A DNA stretch of 64,000 nt, from positions 185,258,001 to 185,322,000 of the forward strand of contig NC_086097.1 in NCBI RefSeq assembly GCF_963921235.1. Direction: 5' to 3'. Positions 57,770 to 64,000 of this stretch are shown here, one piece after another (position 1 is the first letter of the stretch; every line of letters starts with the position of its first letter). The notes beneath the pieces were generated by a model that was given only the letters and a program-made list of their open reading frames with translations, was not told where the DNA came from and made no database searches. The position numbers and the translations under genes were made by a program. The stretch comes from Mobula hypostoma. Lineage: Eukaryota.

Positions 57770-59470
57770 AAATTTCAAAGTAAATGTATTATCACAGTGC
57801 TTGTATGTTACCACATACCACCTTGAGATTCATTTTCTTGCAGGCAATTACAGGGAAAAAAATAATAGAATTTTATGAAAAACTACATAAACAGATGAAG
57901 AATAATGGATAACCAATGTGCAAAAGAAGACAAATTGTGGAAGTAAAATTAATACAGAGAACATGAGTTGTAATGAGTCCTTGAAAGTGAGCCTATAAGT
58001 CGGAGAATCTGTTCAGAGAAGTGGTGAATGTAGTTACCCACGCCAGTTCAGGAGCCTGATTGTTCTTGAGTAATAACTGTTGTTGAACCTCGTGCTGTGG
58101 GACATCAGGCTTCTTGTACTTTCTGCCAGATGGTAGAGATGAGAAGAGGCATGGCCTGGATAGTAGGGTTTCTTATGGCAATGTTCCACTCTTCTGGTAC
58201 TCAGTGGTGGGGAGGGCTTTGCCTGTATCCACCATATTTCTGTACCTCCTAAAAGACCACAGGTTTGTCGTGGTTTAGAAGTTTGCGTGCCTCATGACCT
58301 GGAGAGCTATGTTGGCTGGAGTCAAGGCTTAATACTTTAGTTCTTGATAGGGTCACCCATGCCAAACAGGTCAAAGGGTAGTGGACCACCAGTCCTTCAG
58401 GTTCAGAGATTTAGCTCAGGACTAACAACCCAGACTAGTCCAAAAAAATTGCTACAGAAACAGCAATGAAGAATCCTACTACATCCAGGTGCGACGGTAT
58501 TCCGGAGTCTCCATCCGGGACTTGCATGACTGACAGTAGTGAAAACTGAGAGGAAGCTAGTGACATGATGAAGGAAGTCCTGAATATCACCAAAGATGGA
58601 GGATCTTTATTATTGCCATATGTGGCAGCAGCGTAATTGGCAGTAAGGAAGTACCATACATCTGTAGCTGTTTTAGTTCCTGGGCTTTGATGTTTCTGAA
58701 CCAGGCTACGATGCAACCAGTTGGGATATTCTCCACCGCACATCTATAAAAGCTGTCAAAGCTTCATTGACATGCCAAATCTACACAAACTTTTAAGAAA
58801 GTAGAGACCCTGCCGTGCCTTCTTTGTGCTGCTCCCAGAACACTGATATAGGCATTTTCATTGACCAGGTGTTCAGAGCTGGGTGAAGAGTCAATGAAAT
58901 GGCATCTGAAGTTGACCTGCTATAGATGTAGTGCATAGGAACAGGCCCTTCGGTCCATCTAGTCAGTTCTGAACTATTCATCGGCCTAGTTCCATTGACT
59001 GCACCTGCACCATAGCTCTCCATTTCCCTCCTTTCTATGTACCTGCCAAATTTCTCTTAGATATTGAAATTGAACTGCGCAGAATACTTCAAATTAGGAC
59101 CCACCAACATCTTATACAACTTCAACGTAACACCCCAGCTCCTGTAGTCACTATTTTGATTTCTGAAGGTGAATGTGCCAAAAGCTTTCATTATGACCCT
59201 ATCTACCTGTAAGCTGTTGTGATGGTAGGCAGTGTATCCAGATCACTCCCCAGGCAGGGGTTGATATGCTTCATGACCAACCTCTTAAAAGACTTCATCA
59301 TAGTGGATTTAAGTGTGACTGGATAATAATCATTGTGACAAGTTACCACACTTTTCTTGGGTCCCAGTGTGATTGATGCCTGCTTGAAGTAGGTGGGGAT
59401 CTCATACTGCTGAAGCAAGAGATTGAAGATGTCCATTAAAAACTTCAGCCAGTTGATTAGAACATGTCTG
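57770..59470 (-). mobile_element. Rex1-type LINE remnant with nested RTE-derived (58245-58652) and CR1 (~58925-59200) pieces
   Basis: DIFNLLLQQYEIPTYFKQASITLGPKK..HNDYYPVTL..FKRLV; RSTSDAISLTLH. Confidence 0.7.
58245..58652 (+). mobile_element. Short RTE-derived non-autonomous element
   Basis: RTE/Expander-like 5' motifs (TTGTCGTGG, GGGTCACCCATGCCAAACAGGTC) joined to an RTE-like 3' end (GATGGAGGATCTTTATTATTGCC..(AGTA)n-like tail). Confidence 0.6.
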
Positions 59471-60454
59471 ATAATTGAGGAAAGTCTGCAGCAGGAAAGG
59501 GAGAAATTAAGAGGAACACGGAGAATAATGCTGAAACACGTGAAAAACCAGCCAACGAATCATTGTTCTCCCAGTAAGCACACTCAACAGGCCAGGAAGA
59601 GTACAGATTTCCAGCACCTGCAGATTTTTTCTTGTTTGTGATCGTTCTCCCAGTGTGGACTACAGACCACTCACTCCCTTACAAATAAATCAGAGGAAGT
59701 CTGCTTAAGAGGAAATCTGAAAACATAAAAACAAGGCTTCAAACAGAAAAAAATACTGCAGGTCCAAGAGACTGAAAGCAGAAGTTGATACTGATGAAAA
59801 TATTCAGTTGGTCAGGAAGCAACTATGAAAGGGGAACGGAATTAATGTTTCGTGCTCATGACGTTTCATCTGATGTCCTAAACTATTCACTCTGCATCTC
59901 ATTCCACTGCACTTTCACTCTGGATCTGCTGAATATTTTCAGCATTTTCCATTTCTTCTTTAAAAGGCAGTTTGTCTGTTGTTAGAATCTGATATCCAAA
60001 CATCCATGTAAGCACAAACTACATGAAACTAGAAATTGGATTGTTCAGTTGTTGTCCGATTGGATGTCATATGGTACAATTTTAACCTTAACTGTGGTAC
60101 TTCATTTTAACAGCTACAGTCTCTGTGTTATTAAATCATTGAAGATATTTAAACTAAAGTAATGGTAATTAAACTAAACTAAGAGAAATTTACTAACACT
60201 CAAAGTTAAGTGCCTGATTTGAAGGCTGTGGAGGTATGGGATGCCTCCCCTGACCTCATTGCCGTGATTATAGCATTTGTGTTAATGCTGGTCCTAGTAC
60301 TGAAATGTGCTGTTCACCTTCTGGTATGGCTAACGTCAAGTGGAGGAAGCAAATGATGACAATCCCAGATCTGCAGGAGAAGAGCCTTCGCGGCTTGTAT
60401 ATACTGTAACTTATTGAAGAGTGTAGTGCTCGCAACAAGGGGATGAAGAACCTG

Positions 60455-60583
60455 ACGAAGGGTCTCGGCCTGAAACATCGACTGCACCTCTTCCTACAGA
60501 TGTTGCCTGGCCTGCTGCGTTCACCAGCAACTTTGATGTGTGTTGCTTGAATTTCCAGCATCTGCAGAATTCCTGTTGTTTGC
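60455..60583 (+). mobile_element. Hammerhead-bearing PLE-derived retroelement with ~14-bp TSD
   Basis: CTGACGAAGGGTCTCGGCCTGAAACATCGACTG; flanks GGATGAAGAACCTG (60441-60454) and GGATGAAAAACCTG (60584-60597). Confidence 0.85.
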
Positions 60584-60929
60584 GGATGAAAAACCTGTTT
60601 TTTTGGGAGGCACAAGTGGAAGAGAAATATCTTGTGTTATTTTAGGATCACAGAAGACCTCTGGGTATGAAATAGCAGCGTAAGCAGTTTCGAGAGGAAT
60701 CCCAACCTCACATGGAATAACAGCTAAAAAAACATCAGTTTATAATTATAAATGACGATATATTGTATGAAGAACAGGCAAGAAAATATTGCCTTAATCA
60801 ACTTAATAAAATGTGTTTTGTAGCAGTATCTAAAGCCCAGGAAATATTTTTTGGCCTGGCAAACCACAATATAACTTTCCCCTTAATCCAGAAATGTACC
60901 CACTAGCTGATTTCTCAGATTGTTATTGA

Positions 60930-61145
60930 ACAGTGGACTCCTTATCTCCCAGATGAGCAGTGCCTCAGATGGCTCAAATTGTCACACTAATGGCACCAGA
61001 CATCTACAACTTGGTGAGGAAAGCCCTTCTCACAGAGGGCCTGAGCACCATGCCTCACCAGGAGCTGTCAAACTGGCTGCTGTACTCCAGTCTGCTGCTA
61101 CCCACTGATCTTTCCAAGATTCTGCTAGGGATATATACACAGTCA
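60930..61145 (+). mobile_element. PIF/Harbinger transposase N-terminal remnant
   Basis: DEQCLRWLKLS..DIYNLV..HASPGAVKLAAVL..SFQDSARDI resembles Harbinger EQCLRRLRLS..HALPVAVKVTAALNFFASGSFQ..GDI. Confidence 0.6.
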
Positions 61146-61999
61146 TGAAATAAAACCAGAAAATGCTGGAAACACTCAGCAGGTCAAGCAACACCCCATG
61201 GAAAGAGAATCAGTTTGTTTCACATTCAGAACTTTCATCAGCACCGGCATAAAGGTAAGCAAGTTTATTTTCAGCAGAAGAGAAGAAAGGTCTCAGCAAG
61301 ATCCCCTACTTTCCTTAAGAAGCTTTCTATGAAGAACTAACCTCTGACAGGGAGATTTTACAGGAGCCCAATCACCTGTGCCTGCTCATGCTAATATGAA
61401 TAATAATTCATTCGCTATAAACTCAAGTAACAGCTTAACTCAATGCATTGAAGTGGAAGTATTTCACTGGTACATGATAGGCAGGTCCTGTGGTGTTGCA
61501 GCCTTTGAAGGCTCATCATCTGCAACATACATGAACTTTCCCTGCATATTTAAAGGATGCATTGAGAAATAAATATTTAAATTAGTTTAGCCGGTTAAAA
61601 ATGTTGCCACAGTTCTTTTCAAATTTCACTCCCTGCTGAAATCAAATCAATGTGATTGAATAACTGAGTCTTGTGGAGTGTGTATGTGTACTAGATTTGA
61701 TGCTCTCGAGGGAGAGAAGGAAAATTCCTGTCTCCCCATTTGCTGATGCCCTAATGTTCTACAAAGTGTTACCTTCTTGCTGATCTGCTCATATCTACCT
61801 CCAGTTCTCTCACTGCCCTTTGGATCTTGTACTTTCTTTCTCATACAAGGGAGAAACGCCGATAACTCACCTGATGGATTTAGTATATTTCAGCAGTGTT
61901 AACTGTAATGTATGGATCTATTTCTTTTAGAGCAAAGACCACCCCCCCCCCACTTAGCACTACATATTGATCTGTTGTCTCATTGTTCTCTCTCTCTCT

Positions 62000-64000
62000 C
62001 TCTTTCTTTCTGCAGTGTGAATACACCAGTTAAAGCCATTTCTCACTTGTGTGATTTTATTTAATTGATATGTAGTTGTGCACAGACACAACAAATTGGT
62101 GACGAGTATGAATCTGAATGTCAGAAAATATCTTGAACTGCACCGACCGCTATGGCACGAAACAGCGAGAGTTAAACAGCACGAGAAGGCCGTCACAGGT
62201 ACTAATAAAGGAATATGTGAATTACAGTGAAAGACGTGCTGAATTTAAAGTGAAAATAATGTGGCGATGGCTTCAGTCAGGATAACGCTAATGAAGGCTG
62301 GGAGTCATATATCAGGAGAGCTAAACTGTGTTGTAACATGGAGGAGCAAAAGAAAGCCCCCACACTTCTTAACTTAATGGGCCTAAGAACATATAGTATC
62401 TTACACAACTTAGTAACTCCTGAAAAGCTGGCAAGCAAAATGTTCAACGAAATTATTACAATTTTACAAAATCGCTGGTTGTTGCTGAGAGATTTAGATT
62501 TTACAAAAGGAACCAGTCAAAAGATGAAAGTTCTTCTGAATACATTGCAGAACTGTGCAAACTTTCTCAGTACTGTGACATTAGAGATGGACTTTCTGAT
62601 GCATTAAGGGACAGGCTTGTATGTGACATGCATAGTCAAAGCACTCAGAAGAGGCTACTATCTGAAAGAGTCCTAACCTTAGAATGGGCATTGACCATTG
62701 CAATATTGTTAAAGACTGCAGCAAAGGATGCAGCAGAACTAAAGAAAAAGAGGTTAGAATGTGAAATGCATAAAATGTCCCTGAATGGTGCAAAAGGTTA
62801 AAAATGTTATTGATGTGTCAAATCCTCCCATGATGCAAATGACAGTTGTTTCAAAGAAAAAGTCTGCAGAAAGTGTCACAGACCAGGTTACATAGAGAAT
62901 GTGCAAGGCAGACAAAAAGCACAACTGGGTGAAAAGTCTCAAACACAAAAATAAGCAAATTCATAAAGTTACTGATTGTAAAACAGAATCAGACAACAAA
63001 CAGTCTGACAAAGGTGAACTGTCATTCCTAGAACGCCACAGTATAACAGAAGCAGATCACAAAACCATCTGGATCACCATAGGTGTGTCTGGTGTAAAAA
63101 TGAAAATGGAGCTGGATACAGGGTGAGCTTTGTCTATAATTCCAGAGACTGACTACAACAGACTGTTTTCTAAGATACCATTAGAGAAGACCTCAGTTAT
63201 GTTAAAGACATACACAGGCAAAAAAAGTGTCTGCCAAAGGCAAACTAAAAGTAAAAGTGATGTACAGAGGCCAAACACAACAGTTAGAGCTTTATATATT
63301 GAAAAGTGGAGGGCCAGCATTTTTTGGATGTAAGCGGTTGAGAAAAATCCAACTAGCTGGCACTCAATCAAAGCTCTCAGTGTGGCATCAACAGGCAATG
63401 GCAGATCAAATGGTAGCACTCACCAGAGACTAGAAATAGATAAACAAACTGAAGACTTGGCCAAAAAGTGTTTGGGAGGCCAAAAAATTCAAAATACAAC
63501 CCCACAGGCACCATTACACCCATAGGAGTGGCTGTCTTCATCATGGCAAAGAGTACATATAGATGTTGCTGAGCCATTCATGGACTCTGTGTTTTTGATT
63601 GCTGTGGATGCTCATTCAAAGTAACCAGAGGTTATATCAATGAAGTCAACCACCTCGGCAAAGGCTGTCTCCAGTCCTTCACCAGAAACAGCTTACCAGA
63701 GCAAATTGTGAGTGACAACAGACCACCATACTCATCAGAAGAATTTAGACTGATCATGAAGAAAAATGGTGTCAGACATTTCAAGTCACCTCCTCACCAC
63801 CCAGCAATAAATAGGTTAGCTGAAAGGTTTATCCAAACCTTCAAGAAGTCCATTGAAGTGATGGACAAGAAGGACATTCCTCTACAACACCAGGTGGACA
63901 ACTTCCTTTTTGTGTAGCAGAACTCTGGTCTTGAGCTGACAAATCAAACATCAGCAAAAGGAATTGGAGATCTCAAATAGACATCCTGAAAATAGATCTA
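62000..64000 (+). mobile_element. Gypsy element remnant lacking RT/RNase H (runs off window end)
   Basis: PBS-like TGGTGACGAG at ~62097; gag LLNLMGLRTYSILHNLVTPEK; protease KMELDTG*ALSII; then almost directly integrase HIDVAEPF..AVDAHSK*PEV..VSDN..HPAINRLAERFIQTFKK. Confidence 0.85.

Noticed and set aside
61865..61905. Perfect minus-strand donor CAG|GTGAGT with a short upstream exon
   Set aside because: Weak acceptor and an unrecognisable peptide; such motifs are expected by chance in 64 kb.

Overview
This is eukaryotic, AT-rich, repeat-dense genomic DNA, not prokaryotic. The repeat mix (esterase-ORF1 CR1 LINEs, Rex1/Babar, Penelope-like, RTE, R4/Dong, Gypsy, Tc1/mariner, Harbinger) points to a vertebrate, most likely a cartilaginous fish such as a ray (inference). 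I found no intact host gene; the window looks intronic or intergenic, and most short ORFs in the track are TE fragments or antisense noise. Main elements: (1) a near-full CR1 (3497-7209) plus a near-identical inverted sister copy (32373-34946); (2) a complete but decayed Gypsy LTR element (50813-55032) with a GTTA TSD, tRNA-Trp PBS and a GGGAAAC-plus-hairpin -1 frameshift signal; (3) a decayed R4/Dong-type element cluster at (TAA)n; (4) several nested insertions with readable TSDs. Most interesting: a dispersed family of short Penelope-derived retroelements carrying a minimal type I hammerhead ribozyme, including one copy with an intact core and its own 12-bp TSD (36778-36925) and several palindromic pairs; an intronless RBM25 RRM fragment fused to a Gypsy remnant (41764-42056); a minisatellite born from a CR1 3' end (20098-20776); and a candidate HDV-like ribozyme in an RTE-derived element. 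All family assignments come from motif recognition by eye. No database searches were run, and boundaries of old fragments are approximate.
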